Positions 1 to 11,847 of a stretch of DNA of 64,000 bases are shown here, one piece after another (positions within the stretch are counted from its first letter, which is position 1; each line of letters begins with the position of its first letter). Position numbers and translations under genes: made by a program. This DNA comes from Pseudomonadota bacterium. GTDB taxonomy: Bacteria; Pseudomonadota; Gammaproteobacteria; Acidiferrobacterales; UBA6901. The notes under the pieces were generated by a model. It saw only the letters and a list, made by a program, of their open reading frames with translations, had not been told where the DNA came from and made no database searches. The DNA lies in the NCBI GenBank assembly GCA_021790335.1, contig JAJYEE010000002.1, positions 4,164-68,163 on the forward strand. Direction: 5' to 3'.

Positions 1-1
1 G

Positions 2-316
2 CCGATAAATCCTGACTGGGTAGCAGGGATGTTCATGTTATTTCGCAGTGACGTCTATGCGCAAATGGGGGGGTTCGACGAACGCTACTTTCTCTATTAC
101 GAGGACGTGGATCTGTGCGCGCGTATGGCGCTTGCCGGCTACAAGATCGTGCTGGATCCCAGCGTATCTGTAATCCACGATGCCCGTCGTGAAAGCCATC
201 GCAATTTCAGTTACTTTCGGCGGCATATCGCCAGTATTACGCGGTTTTTTCTCTCCCGGGTGTTCTTCCGTTACATGTTGAAACGCGTGCGGATGCGGAA
301 CGGAGCGTCTGCCTGA
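2..316 (+). CDS. Glycosyltransferase family 2 (WbbL-like), C-terminal part, 5'-truncated by the window
   Basis: Frame is open from position 2 (PINPDWVAGMFMLFR..GGFDERYFLYYEDVDLCAR), a typical GT2 C-terminal motif. Confidence 0.85.
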   Translation, partial: PINPDWVAGMFMLFRSDVYAQMGGFDERYFLYYEDVDLCARMALAGYKIVLDPSVSVIHDARRESHRNFSYFRRHIASITRFFLSRVFFRYMLKRVRMRNGASA

Positions 317-319
317 TCC

Positions 320-1336
320 ATGGAAAGCGGCAAAGCCTCGATCGCGCTGGTTACGGGCGGGACCGGGTTCATCGGCCAGCGTCTCGTCTTGGCGCTGTGT
401 CGCTCCGGCGCGGCGGTGCGGGTGCTGACGCGGAGGCGGCTGGATTCTGTGGAGCGAATTCGCAGCGAAGGCGGTGTGTCATTTTTCTCAGGGGATCTGA
501 GCGATCATTCCAGTCTTCGCGGTCTATGTGAGGGGGTCGAGAACGTGTTTCATCTTGCGGGACTGGCTCACACCGAGGGTCGCGGACGCGAAGATTACGC
601 CGAGGAACAGTGGCGCACTACGGTCGGTGGGACCGAAAATCTTCTCGCCGAGGCTGAGGGAAAGATCAGGAATGTCGTCTACCTCAGCAGCGTAAAGGTG
701 ATGGGCGCAGGCGGCGACAGAGAAATCGACGAGACGTTTGCGCCGCACCCTGAGGGGTCTTACGGCACGGCCAGACTCGCGGCCGAATCAAGGATACTGG
801 AGTTCGGTAAACGTCAGGGGGTTCAGACAAGCGTTCTGCGGCTATCCATGGTTTATGGCTCAGACTGCAAGGGCAACGTGCCGCGCATGATCGAGGCCGT
901 GGACCGAAACCGTTTCCCGCCGCTACCGGAAACCGGCAACAGACGATCTATGGTGCATGTCGATGATGTGGTTCAGGCGGCGCTGCTCGCAGCACGAAAT
1001 CCGCACGCCGCCGGCCAGGTCTATATCGTGACCGACGGCAGGATCTATTCGACCCGGCAGATCTACGTCTGGATCTGCCGGGCCCTGGGCAAGGCTGTTC
1101 CGAAATGGACCGTGCCAGTATGGCTGCTGCGTGCCGCAGCGTCGGCTGGTGATCTGATCGGTGCCGTTCGAGGAAGACGATTTGTCTTCAATTCCGACGT
1201 CTTGGACAAGCTCGCCGGTTCGGCCTGGTACAGTTCGCGAAAGATCACCGAAGAGCTCGGATTCCATCCAACGCGCGACCTGGAAGACTCTCTGGCGGAA
1301 ATGGTCAGGTACTATCGCCAATGCCGGCGTTCCTGA
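320..1336 (+). CDS. NAD-dependent epimerase/dehydratase (extended SDR, WbpK/WbpV-like)
   Basis: TGGTGFIG nucleotide-binding motif, HLAG, NRRSMVHVDDV; lies upstream of WbpL- and WbpM-like genes. Confidence 0.88.
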   Translation: MESGKASIALVTGGTGFIGQRLVLALCRSGAAVRVLTRRRLDSVERIRSEGGVSFFSGDLSDHSSLRGLCEGVENVFHLAGLAHTEGRGREDYAEEQWRTTVGGTENLLAEAEGKIRNVVYLSSVKVMGAGGDREIDETFAPHPEGSYGTARLAAESRILEFGKRQGVQTSVLRLSMVYGSDCKGNVPRMIEAVDRNRFPPLPETGNRRSMVHVDDVVQAALLAARNPHAAGQVYIVTDGRIYSTRQIYVWICRALGKAVPKWTVPVWLLRAAASAGDLIGAVRGRRFVFNSDVLDKLAGSAWYSSRKITEELGFHPTRDLEDSLAEMVRYYRQCRRS

Positions 1337-2355
1337 ATCTTCTGATCGCCGTTTTCGGCTTTGCCATTTCCGCCGGGCTGACACGGCGGTTCTGCGATCC
1401 GGCTTCGCGTCTTCATATCCTGGATCATCCGAACGAGCGTTCGCTGCATACGCGCCCGACCCCGCGCAGCGGCGGTATCGCCATTCTCGGTGCCGTCTGC
1501 GTCGGCACGCTCTGGCTCGCATGGCGGTTTCAGGATACCTCGCGTCTTCCCTGGATCGCCGCCGGGATGCTGTTGATCGCTGCGGTGTCATTCGTCGATG
1601 ACCGCCGCAGGTTGCCGGTAGCCGAGCGGATGCTTGCACACCTTCTCAGCGCCGCACTGCTGCTGTGGCGCGGATTCGTGCTGCACGGTTTGACGGTCGG
1701 CGGTGCGGTGCTGGATTTTCCTGGGTGGTTGGGTATCGTGCTGTCGCTGCTCTTCGTGGTGTGGATGGTAAACCTGTACAACTTTATGGATGGCATGGAC
1801 GGGTTCGCCGGCGGCATGGCCGTGATCGGCTTCGGCGGTTTTGCCATTCTCGGATGGATGGCGGGAAACGAGCTTTTCTTTGCGACGAGCGCACTTGTCG
1901 CTGCAGCTGCTGCGGGTTTTCTCTTCTACAACTTTCCGCCGGCGCGCATCTTCATGGGCGATGCCGGATCGTCCGCTCTGGGATTTCTGGCTGCAGCGCT
2001 AACGTTATGGGGTATGCGCGCCGGCATTTTCAGGTTCGCAACGGCACTGCTCGTTTTCTCTCCGTTCGTGGTCGATGCTACCGTCACCCTTTTTCGCCGC
2101 CTGTTGCAGGGAGAGAAGATCTGGCAGGCGCACAGAACCCATTACTATCAGCGGCTTGTTCAACTGGGATGGGGCCATCGCAAGACGGTATTGTGGGAAT
2201 ATGTCCTGATGCTCGCCTGCGCGGCGTCGGCCATCTGGGCAAGTTCACGCGCACAGGCGGTGCAAGGCGTGGTCCTGATTGTGTGGGGCATGCTGTACGT
2301 CAGCCTCATCGTCTTGGTGCATGTTTTTGAGCGACGAGCGAGGCAGTCCGTCTGA
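1321..2355 (+). CDS. Glycosyltransferase family 4 (MraY/WecA/WbpL-like undecaprenyl-phosphate sugar-1-phosphate transferase)
   Basis: PNERSLHTRPTPRSGG, DD, NLYNFMDGMDG, IFMGDAGS and HRTHYYQRL motifs; many TM segments. Confidence 0.93.
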   Translation: MPAFLNLLIAVFGFAISAGLTRRFCDPASRLHILDHPNERSLHTRPTPRSGGIAILGAVCVGTLWLAWRFQDTSRLPWIAAGMLLIAAVSFVDDRRRLPVAERMLAHLLSAALLLWRGFVLHGLTVGGAVLDFPGWLGIVLSLLFVVWMVNLYNFMDGMDGFAGGMAVIGFGGFAILGWMAGNELFFATSALVAAAAAGFLFYNFPPARIFMGDAGSSALGFLAAALTLWGMRAGIFRFATALLVFSPFVVDATVTLFRRLLQGEKIWQAHRTHYYQRLVQLGWGHRKTVLWEYVLMLACAASAIWASSRAQAVQGVVLIVWGMLYVSLIVLVHVFERRARQSV

Positions 2356-2736
2356 CCGGAGGCGTCACGGTGTCAGGCCTGCGTTGCCAAATGGCTTTGG
2401 CCGACTGCGGCATGTTGGCCGGAAGCCGAACCAGTCCTAGCAGTTGCGAATTGATGTCTCGTGCCACAGATTCCGAAACCTCGACGTAGCCTGACCGGAC
2501 GACGTTGCCACCAGTGGTCCCGTCCACAGGAAAAGCGACTAAAAGGTTTTCGTCAGAGGCGATGAGCTGCGGATAGGAGGGTGCTTTTGACGTTCAATAG
2601 GAATGTGGCTAATGTACCGCCATGAAAATGCTTCCTGCTTTGCCGCTGAAGTTGGCGTGGAGCGCGCCCGAGGCGGAGCGCACGGGAACGGCAATGTATC
2701 ATTGTCCGGATGGACTGTGAACGGAAGGGGCGCTGA

Positions 2737-4653
2737 ATGAGGCGGCTCGTGCCATTGAAGAACCGGGCGCTGGTTACACTTCACGACCTAGCTGTGATCA
2801 TGGTTGCGTGGGTCGGCGCGTTCTGGCTGCGCTTCAACCTCGAAGGAATTCCTCCCCAGTTCCTGCATCAGGCGCTACTGATGCTGCCTGCGGTTCTTGT
2901 CGCGCAGGGCGGCATGTTGTGGTATTTCGGTCTTTACAGGGGAGTCTGGCGATTTGCGTCGCTTCCTGATCTCGTCCGCATCCTGAAAGCGGCCGCCGCC
3001 GGCGTGTCCATCTCGGCGGTGGCGATCTTCGTCTTCACGCGGCTGGATCTGATCCCTCGGTCGGTATTCGTGCTGGACGGCCTGCTGCTCGTCGTGCTGC
3101 TTGGCGGACCGCGGTTCATCTATCGCTGGATCAAGGATCGCCGCCTCTACGGCAGGATCGGCAAGAAGGTGCTGATCGTCGGCGCGGGCCGGGCCGGGGA
3201 GATGCTGGTGCGTGATCTGCTCCGTGATCCCGATCGCAGCTATCAGCCGGTTGCGTTTGTGGATGACGATCGCAGCAAGCACGCCAAGGACATACATGGC
3301 ATTCCGGTTGTCGGTGCGGTGGACGAGATGCCGTCCATAGCCGCAGAACTTGACGTCGAATTGATTCTTATTGCACTGCCTTCGGCCAGCTCGGCTCAGA
3401 TGCGGCATATCGTCGGGAAATGTGAGTCGACCGGCATCGCATTTCGCCTGCTGCCACGCATGGAGGATCTGGTTACCGGCCAGGTTGGCATGCGCGAGCT
3501 GCGCGAGGTCAAGCTCGACGACCTGCTCGGGCGCGAGGCGGTCTCGCTAGACTGGCAGGCCATTACGCGCGGCATGCGGGGCAAGATCGTGCTGGTAAGC
3601 GGCGGCGGCGGTTCCATCGGGTCCGAGCTTTGCCGGCAGATTGCACGTCTCGAGCCGGCACGGCTCGTCCTCCTGGAGCAGAGCGAATTTAACCTGTATG
3701 CGATCGAACTCGAACTCCGGCGCGAGTTTCCGGACCTGCCGCTCGCGGTTTTCCTGGGAAGCGTGACGGATGCTGTGGTGGTGGAGCAAGTGTTCCAGAC
3801 ACATCAGCCCAATATTGTTTTCCACGCCGCGGCGTACAAGCACGTTCCGATGCTGGAAGGGCAAGTGCGGGCCGCCGTGGCCAACAACGTGCTGGGCACG
3901 CGCTGCCTGGCATCGCTTGCAGACAAATACGGCTGTGACGCGTTCGTCATGATCTCGACCGACAAGGCGGTCAATCCCAGCAATGTGATGGGAGCAACCA
4001 AGCGTGTGGCCGAAATCTACTGCCAGGGACTCGACGCATGTTCGGATACCCGCTTCATCACGGTGCGCTTCGGCAACGTCCTGGGATCCGCCGGCAGCGT
4101 AATTCCGCTGTTCCAGAAGCAGATTGCGGACGGAGGCCCGGTCACCGTCACCCATCCACAGATCACACGCTATTTCATGACAATTCCGGAAGCTGCACAG
4201 TTGATATTGCAGGCCAGCGTGATCGGCCGGGGCGGGGAAATTTTCGTGCTTGATATGGGAGAGCCGGTCAGGATCGCCTATCTTGCCGAACAGCTGATTC
4301 TTCTATCCGGAAAAAGGCCTGGCGAGGATATCGAAGTCGTCTACACTGGTCTGCGCCCCGGAGAGAAACTCTACGAAGAGCTGTTTCATGAGGCCGAACA
4401 TCTGGTCGATACAGGGCATCCCAAGATTATGCTGGCCCGCAGCCGTCCGATTGACGTCGCCAGCATGGAAGGGATTTTTGCAGATCTGACCCAGGCCTGT
4501 GACACCAATTCCGAGCCGCGGCTGCGCGAGCTTCTGCACGCGCTGGTGCCAGAGCAGCTGGAGCAGGGTAGACCCGCAGAGGGCACAGCCGGACCCCGGG
4601 ACGCTGTGGTCTATCCCAAGATCAATCCCTCCCCGCTGCCGCGTGAAAACTAG
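2737..4653 (+). CDS. Nucleoside-diphosphate sugar 4,6-dehydratase (WbpM/CapD/PglF family)
   Basis: N-terminal TM helices, GAGRAG, GGGGSIGSE, HAAAYKHVP, STDKAVNP, VRFGNVLGS, GLRPGEKLYEEL. Confidence 0.95.
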   Translation: MRRLVPLKNRALVTLHDLAVIMVAWVGAFWLRFNLEGIPPQFLHQALLMLPAVLVAQGGMLWYFGLYRGVWRFASLPDLVRILKAAAAGVSISAVAIFVFTRLDLIPRSVFVLDGLLLVVLLGGPRFIYRWIKDRRLYGRIGKKVLIVGAGRAGEMLVRDLLRDPDRSYQPVAFVDDDRSKHAKDIHGIPVVGAVDEMPSIAAELDVELILIALPSASSAQMRHIVGKCESTGIAFRLLPRMEDLVTGQVGMRELREVKLDDLLGREAVSLDWQAITRGMRGKIVLVSGGGGSIGSELCRQIARLEPARLVLLEQSEFNLYAIELELRREFPDLPLAVFLGSVTDAVVVEQVFQTHQPNIVFHAAAYKHVPMLEGQVRAAVANNVLGTRCLASLADKYGCDAFVMISTDKAVNPSNVMGATKRVAEIYCQGLDACSDTRFITVRFGNVLGSAGSVIPLFQKQIADGGPVTVTHPQITRYFMTIPEAAQLILQASVIGRGGEIFVLDMGEPVRIAYLAEQLILLSGKRPGEDIEVVYTGLRPGEKLYEELFHEAEHLVDTGHPKIMLARSRPIDVASMEGIFADLTQACDTNSEPRLRELLHALVPEQLEQGRPAEGTAGPRDAVVYPKINPSPLPREN

Positions 4654-4985
4654 GTAGTGTCCCGAGGCAGGGCCGCAGTCGGCGAAGAGTCTTTCACGTC
4701 CTGTTTTCCGCCAAGCCCAGCGATGGTAGGCGAGAGCATGTCGTTGCCGGCCGCGCCTGCCGCAATGCGGCATGGCCGATGCGCGCCGTGGTCAATGCAC
4801 TTCGAAAGACGGGCCGTGTCGGAGTTTCGTTCTGTTCCGACGGGAACAGTCGGATCTTCCGCGCTGGGGTTGGCACATAAATTGGCGTACAATGTAGCCG
4901 ATGTGGCGCCTAGTCGCGGGTTGCCGCGCCATAACAATACGACAAAATTTCACCTTATCCAGTCTGTCAGAAGGACGCACGTTCC

Positions 4986-6317
4986 ATGAAACTCACCGTT
5001 GTTGGCACCGGCTATGTGGGCCTGGTTACCGGCGCCTGTTTCGCCGAAATGGGCAACACCGTCACCTGTGTGGACATCGATGCGGAAAAAATCGCGCGTC
5101 TGAATGAAGGTATCCTGCCCATCTACGAGCCCGGCCTCGATACGGTGGTTGAGAACAACCATCTCAGCGGCCGGTTACGCTTTACGACCTCGCTCCCAGA
5201 AGCGATGTCAGATTCCAATCTCTATTTCATTGCTGTCGGAACGCCGCCCGGCGAAGACGGTTCGGCAGATCTGCAGTATGTCCTTGCCGTGGCACGCGAG
5301 ATCGGCAAGCACCTCGAGACTTACAGCGTCGTTGTCGACAAGTCGACCGTTCCGGTCGGCACTGCCGACAAGGTGCAGAAGGCGATCGCCGAGCAGCTCG
5401 CCGCGCGCGGTGCCGATATCCAGTTCGATGTGGTGAGCAATCCGGAATTCCTGAAGGAAGGCGCTGCGGTCGATGACTTCATGCGCCCGGACCGGATCGT
5501 GGTCGGATGCGCGAGTGAACGCGCCCAGGACATCATGCGTGAGCTCTATGCGCCGTTCAACCGCAGTCACGAGCGTACGCTGTTCATGGGCGTGCGCGAG
5601 GCGGAAATGACGAAGTACGCCGCCAATGCGATGCTCGCCACAAAGATCTCGTTCATGAACGAGATTGCAAACCTGTGCGACCTGATGGGGGTGGACGTGG
5701 AGAGTGTGCGTCACGGCATCGGCTCGGATAGCCGCATCGGGCACTCTTTCATCTATCCGGGCGTCGGCTACGGGGGCTCGTGCTTCCCGAAGGACGTCAA
5801 AGCGCTGGTGCATATGGCCGCCGAGCACGACTTCGAGCCGCTGGTGCTCCACTCGGTGGAGGCGCGCAATGAAAGCCAGAAGCACTACCTGGTGAAAAAG
5901 ATCCTGCGGCAGTATGGCACCGACCTGAGCGGGCTTACATTCGGGGTCTGGGGGCTGGCCTTCAAACCGGGCACCGATGACCTGCGTGAAGCCCCGTCAC
6001 GCGTGCTGCTTGCCGAGCTGTTTGCGGCCGGAGCACGGGTGCAGGCGTACGATCCTGTGGCCATGGATGCGGCCCGCCGCGAATTTCCGAAGTCCTGGTT
6101 CGAGAGGGGGCTTTTGCATCTGGCGCAGGAGCAGTATGCTGCAATCGATGGCGTCGATGCGCTGGTACTGGTGACCGAGTGGAAGCCGTTCCGCCATCCA
6201 GACTTTGATCGCATCAGGAAAATCATGAAGACTCCGGTGATCTTCGATGGCCGCAACCAGTACGATCCCACCCATGTGCGCTCCGCCGGGTTCAAATATA
6301 CCGGCATCGGTCGCTGA
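4986..6317 (+). CDS. ugd: UDP-glucose 6-dehydrogenase
   Basis: [37 protein letters not shown]. Confidence 0.96.
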   Translation: MKLTVVGTGYVGLVTGACFAEMGNTVTCVDIDAEKIARLNEGILPIYEPGLDTVVENNHLSGRLRFTTSLPEAMSDSNLYFIAVGTPPGEDGSADLQYVLAVAREIGKHLETYSVVVDKSTVPVGTADKVQKAIAEQLAARGADIQFDVVSNPEFLKEGAAVDDFMRPDRIVVGCASERAQDIMRELYAPFNRSHERTLFMGVREAEMTKYAANAMLATKISFMNEIANLCDLMGVDVESVRHGIGSDSRIGHSFIYPGVGYGGSCFPKDVKALVHMAAEHDFEPLVLHSVEARNESQKHYLVKKILRQYGTDLSGLTFGVWGLAFKPGTDDLREAPSRVLLAELFAAGARVQAYDPVAMDAARREFPKSWFERGLLHLAQEQYAAIDGVDALVLVTEWKPFRHPDFDRIRKIMKTPVIFDGRNQYDPTHVRSAGFKYTGIGR

Positions 6318-6338
6318 TCCGAGATAAGAGACCGTACG

Positions 6339-7208
6339 ATGGCGCGACTGACCAAGGCGGTATTTCCGGTGGCTGGCATGGGCACGCGATTCCTGCCGGC
6401 GACCAAGGCGAGCCCCAAGGAAATGCTGCCGATCGTGGACAAGCCCCTCATCCAGTATGCCGTGGAGGAGGCGGTCGCGGCCGGCATCACCGAACTCATA
6501 TTCGTCACCGGCCGCAACAAGCGCGCGATCGAGGATCATTTCGACAAGGCTTACGAGCTCGAGACCGAGCTCGAGCTCAAGGGAAAGACCGACCTGCTCA
6601 GGATGACGCGTTCGGTGCTTCCGGACCAGGTTTCCTGCGTCTATCTGCGCCAGCCCCAGGCGCTCGGTCTCGGACACGCGGTTTTATGTGCAAAACACGT
6701 CGTGGGGGGCGATCCGTTTGCCGTCATCCTGGCCGACGATCTGATCAGCGGCGAGATTCCGGCGCTGCGTCAGATGGCCGATGAGTTCGAACGGCAGCAA
6801 TGTTCGATCGTCGCGGTGCAGCAGGTGGCGCGCGAGGATACGCGCCAGTACGGAATCGTGGAGACCCGTCCGCTCAGCGGGCCGGTGAGCCGGGTGGCGG
6901 GAATCGTGGAAAAGCCGCGGCCCGAGGATGCCCCATCGACCCTTGCGGTGGTAGGCCGTTACATCCTGACGCCCGGGATATTCGCCTGCCTGGAAGCGGT
7001 GCGGCCCGGGGCGGGCGGCGAGATCCAGCTTACCGACGCGATCGCGCGTTTACTGGACAGCGAGCAGGTGTTAGCCTACGAATTCGAAGGCAAACGCTAC
7101 GATTGCGGCAGCAAACTGGGCTATCTGCAGGCGACGGTGGAGTATACACTCAGGCATCCGGAGCTTGAGGGTGAGTTCCGAGAGTACCTCCGGAACCTTG
7201 TGTTGTAG
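6339..7208 (+). CDS. galU: UTP-glucose-1-phosphate uridylyltransferase
   Basis: [42 protein letters not shown]. Confidence 0.97.
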   Translation: MARLTKAVFPVAGMGTRFLPATKASPKEMLPIVDKPLIQYAVEEAVAAGITELIFVTGRNKRAIEDHFDKAYELETELELKGKTDLLRMTRSVLPDQVSCVYLRQPQALGLGHAVLCAKHVVGGDPFAVILADDLISGEIPALRQMADEFERQQCSIVAVQQVAREDTRQYGIVETRPLSGPVSRVAGIVEKPRPEDAPSTLAVVGRYILTPGIFACLEAVRPGAGGEIQLTDAIARLLDSEQVLAYEFEGKRYDCGSKLGYLQATVEYTLRHPELEGEFREYLRNLVL

Positions 7209-7410
7209 GCCATCTGCCCCATGGCAGGAGATCGGCGCCGGACAGATTCCCCTGGGACAGGACAGGCTGTCTGGCATATCGGTATATTAGAAGATACTTT
7301 ATTATCTTGCCGGGACACCGATATAATGCAGGCTTGATGTTCCATGCTGTGACCAGCCCTTTCAGGCTGTGTCGCATCGATTTCTGCGCGCGAATTACGG
7401 AGACCCCAAG

Positions 7411-7779
7411 ATGCCCCATAAACTGATGATCGTGATGGTGAATACCAATCCTGCCAACGGAGCTGAACTGGGGGCGCCCTTTTTCCAGGCCACCGTGGCC
7501 GCGGCGATGGAGTACGAAGTGGAGGTCATCCTCACCGCGCTTGCCGGCGAGCTGGCGATAAAGGGCGTGGCGGAAAAGCTGCACGTCCAGGAAGGCAGCC
7601 CCAAGAGTGTCTACGACTTCATCAAGGAAGCGCACGAGGCGGGTGTGCACTTCAAGGTCTGTACTCCGACCCTGGAACTCTGGGGGAAGGATTTGATTCC
7701 GGAAATCGAGGAGACGGTCGGCGGCGCCTATGTCATCAGCGAGGCGATGGACGACGATACTGTCACCTTCACCTACTGA
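7411..7779 (+). CDS. DsrE/DsrF-like family protein (putative sulfur carrier)
   Basis: ATG at 7411 preceded by GGAG; [21 protein letters not shown] pattern typical of DsrE family; single Cys. Confidence 0.8.
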   Translation: MPHKLMIVMVNTNPANGAELGAPFFQATVAAAMEYEVEVILTALAGELAIKGVAEKLHVQEGSPKSVYDFIKEAHEAGVHFKVCTPTLELWGKDLIPEIEETVGGAYVISEAMDDDTVTFTY

Positions 7780-7820
7780 CCGCCATCCCGCAACCCTTTC
7801 CTGAGCGGATTCCTTCGAGC

Positions 7821-9142
<1,322 letters not shown>

Positions 9143-9157
9143 CCGGAATCCGGTGCC

Positions 9158-9808
9158 CTAATTCTTGCCGCCACCTGTCGAGGATTGTGTGGCGGGCGCA
9201 GCGACGGCAACAGGCGTGGTGGTCGGCACGCGAGTCACTCTCAATAATACGCCGAACATCGGATGATCGAAGTAATTTACCTGATTGAGGCGGATGCGAC
9301 GCTGATCGTCCAAACGGTACAGGACTGGCGCAGCGGGAGCGCCGAATAGTGACGCAGCGCTTTCCGGCGCCGGCTCCTTGAGCAGCAGGTGCAACACCAC
9401 GTGCATGTACTGGTTCAAGTAGAACCGCACGGTGCCATCCAGTTCCTGCGGGTCACCCGGCTCCGATGCGGTAATCCGCACCGGCTTGCTCGCGAACCGC
9501 GTTTGCGCGGTCTCGATCCAGCTGTCGTGGACCAGCAGCTGGTAGTGCGGGTTTCCGCTCAGGGCGATGGCAGCATCGGACAGCACCGAATCGACGGGCG
9601 GGGCGGGAACCGGAGAGACCGCATTGGCGAGGTCCTTGATGACCGGATTCACCGTATCCTGTGTCCAGAGTTCGTTGCCGACGAGGCTCGGCATGATGTT
9701 GCGGAATACCAGCACTTCCACTTCGTAGTTGTTGCTCTGATCGCTGGACGCTGCCTGGGCGGTGGCCACAGTGAATAACAAGACGGCGATGAGGATGATT
9801 CGGGACAC
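9158..9808 (-). CDS. CsiV-family periplasmic protein
   Basis: Signal peptide, YEVEVLVF, LDGTVRFYLNQYMHV, RRIRLNQVNYFDHPMFGVLL. Confidence 0.85.
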   Translation of the reverse strand: MSRIILIAVLLFTVATAQAASSDQSNNYEVEVLVFRNIMPSLVGNELWTQDTVNPVIKDLANAVSPVPAPPVDSVLSDAAIALSGNPHYQLLVHDSWIETAQTRFASKPVRITASEPGDPQELDGTVRFYLNQYMHVVLHLLLKEPAPESAASLFGAPAAPVLYRLDDQRRIRLNQVNYFDHPMFGVLLRVTRVPTTTPVAVAAPATQSSTGGGKN

Positions 9809-10003
9809 CTGGATTTCCTTTGGTCGATCGGTAATGGCGGATCTTTAAATAAAGAAGATGTAAGCCCAGACCGGATTATCACGTTGTGGTTCCCGGCGGG
9901 GCTCGAAATCTCTTGTCAGATCCGGTCGGGACGATAGTATGTCTCAAGAACCTGGGTTTTGGCGAGGGTTGCCGGACGAAGCGACGGCTGGTCAGGAGGC
10001 GCG

Positions 10004-10522
10004 ATGGCGGTGAGGCGCGTATTGAAGATGGGTGACCCCGTACTTTACCGGGTCGCGGATCCCGTGGGGGAATTCAACACCCGGGAACTGGATGCATTAA
10101 TCGGTGATATGTTCGACACGATGGCCGCGCTCAATGGCGCCGGGCTCGCGGCCCCGCAGATCGGCGTATCCCGGCGTGTCGTGATTTTCGGGGTGGAGGC
10201 CAATCCGCGCTATCCGGATGTGGAACCGGTGCCGACCACCGTACTGATCAATCCGATCATCGAGATTCTATCGCCCGAGATGGACGACGGCTGGGAGGGC
10301 TGTCTGAGTGTACCGGGCATGCGCGGGCTCGTGAGCCGTGCCACCCGGCTGCGTTACTCCGGGTTCGATCAGACGGGCAAGCCGATCGAGCGCGTGGCAA
10401 CGCAGTTCCACGCGCGGGTGGTGCAGCACGAGTGCGATCATCTCGACGGCATCCTGTATCCGATGCGCCTGAAGGACATGCGCCTGTTCGGATACGAGGA
10501 TGCTCTGTTTCCGGAAATGTAA
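10004..10522 (+). CDS. def: Peptide deformylase
   Basis: [13 protein letters not shown] and QHECDHLDG motifs; ATG at 10004 after AGGAGG. Confidence 0.95.
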   Translation: MAVRRVLKMGDPVLYRVADPVGEFNTRELDALIGDMFDTMAALNGAGLAAPQIGVSRRVVIFGVEANPRYPDVEPVPTTVLINPIIEILSPEMDDGWEGCLSVPGMRGLVSRATRLRYSGFDQTGKPIERVATQFHARVVQHECDHLDGILYPMRLKDMRLFGYEDALFPEM

Positions 10523-10689
10523 TGCAGGAAAGGGAGAAACCGGCAACTCCGTGCCGTCTGCAGAAGGGCAGGGTCCGCGGGCGGGAACGGTCCGGTTTCG
10601 CGAGCGTGTGCCACGGACGCGCCAGCGTCTGGTCATTGCTTGCGACCTGCCGGCCACGGCGGAACCCGGAGCAGCCTCTGGAGGGCATA

Positions 10690-10805
10690 GGCCCTGCCCG
10701 AGGAGTTCGATCTGGGTGGATTCCAGAGGCTCGTCTCGGATCTGCTGTTGCACACCAGTCTCGATGCTGTCGCGTATTTGTGCGCGGTGCTGCACTGCGA
10801 GCCGT
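10690..10805 (-). pseudogene. Decayed partial copy of the neighbouring nucleotidyltransferase gene
   Basis: 10694-10772 matches 11316-11394 at 68 of 79 nt (manual alignment); similarity continues with indels to ~10805. Confidence 0.75.
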
Positions 10806-10946
10806 GCGCAGTCGCCGCAGCGGTCGTCCGAGCGAAAATCGTCCTGGAAACCGTCCTTCATCCGGGATATCCGTTTCGTTCCCGGGTAATTCCTGACGCA
10901 GCGTGCCCGGTTGCACCGCGCTTCTGCGGTTCCGGTGCCGGGCAGC

Positions 10947-11648
10947 CTATTGCCCCGGGGCATCCTCCAGCCCGATGATCTGATCGAAGATCAGCAGGGC
11001 GCAGTCGGCGCACGCTGCCTTGACGGCCTGCCAGTTGTGCCAGCGCGCATCGAGGTGCTTGTATTCGGCCAGATTCATCTCTTCAAGGTCGTAAGGCAGC
11101 GGGTCTGCGAGCTGAATCTGTAGCTGCTGCAGGGCCGATTCGTCGTTCGGCTGCGGATAGATCCTGTCAAGGGAACGCAGGGCTTCGATAGTCTTCGCCG
11201 TACCCAGGTGATCGGCCAGGGCGATGAAATCCAGGTAATCTCGGGTGGCATTGCGCTTGAGGATCAGCGCACCCTTGATGCGCAGGATTTCCGCTTCAGT
11301 CGGAACGGTTAGCCTCTGCCCGAGGAGTTCGATCTGGGTAGTCTCCAGCGGCTCGTCCCGGATCAACTGGCGCACACCGGTCTCGATGCCGTCGAGACTG
11401 CCGAGTATTTGCACAGGGTGCTGAACACGAGCCGTTTTCCAGCCTGCGACGGATTCCAGTTGGGCGAGGACTTGGTCGAACCGCTCCCGCAGGTCGGCCA
11501 ACACGTGATCGGCGTCAGTGGACAACCGATGGCCTGCGTACAATGCCGATGCCGTGCCGCCCACGAGGACCGCCTCCGGCAGGAGGCGCTGCAGGTGGGC
11601 AGCGGAGGACAAGACGCGCTCCCACTCAGGCAAGGTGTCGTTCGGCAT
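10947..11648 (-). CDS. AbiEii/MenT-like nucleotidyltransferase (putative TA toxin)
   Basis: LVGGTA, HRLSTDAD and K..LI.KRNATRDYLD match AbiEii/DUF1814-type NTase motifs. Confidence 0.75.
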   Translation of the reverse strand: MPNDTLPEWERVLSSAAHLQRLLPEAVLVGGTASALYAGHRLSTDADHVLADLRERFDQVLAQLESVAGWKTARVQHPVQILGSLDGIETGVRQLIRDEPLETTQIELLGQRLTVPTEAEILRIKGALILKRNATRDYLDFIALADHLGTAKTIEALRSLDRIYPQPNDESALQQLQIQLADPLPYDLEEMNLAEYKHLDARWHNWQAVKAACADCALLIFDQIIGLEDAPGQ

Positions 11649-11847
11649 AGCGCTTCCAAAAGCGATATCGCTGGGCGCAGGGGTCCGTCTCGTGAGCTAT
11701 GCACACGCGCACTACCTTCTCCAGGACGAGCCGGTCCTCCAGCGCTGCCTGGCGCAGTTCAGCCCAATCTCGCCGCTTTCCGCGTCCGATCACGTCGTCG
11801 ATCGCAGCAAGCGTGAAGTCATGATGTGTTAAATGACGGTGGCGCAT
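11626..11847 (-). CDS. Small helical protein, putative cognate antitoxin
   Basis: 73 aa, directly upstream of and overlapping the NTase gene by 23 bp; TLAAIDDVIGRG..DWAEL. Confidence 0.65.
   Translation of the reverse strand: MRHRHLTHHDFTLAAIDDVIGRGKRRDWAELRQAALEDRLVLEKVVRVCIAHETDPCAQRYRFWKRYAERHLA

Noticed and set aside
4871-4885. sigma54-like TGGCAC-N5-TTGG upstream of ugd
   Set aside because: The -12 dinucleotide is GG rather than the near-invariant GC
10694-11394. Template/variable repeat pair of a diversity-generating retroelement
   Set aside because: The 11 mismatches are not confined to adenines on either strand, and no reverse transcriptase is in the window
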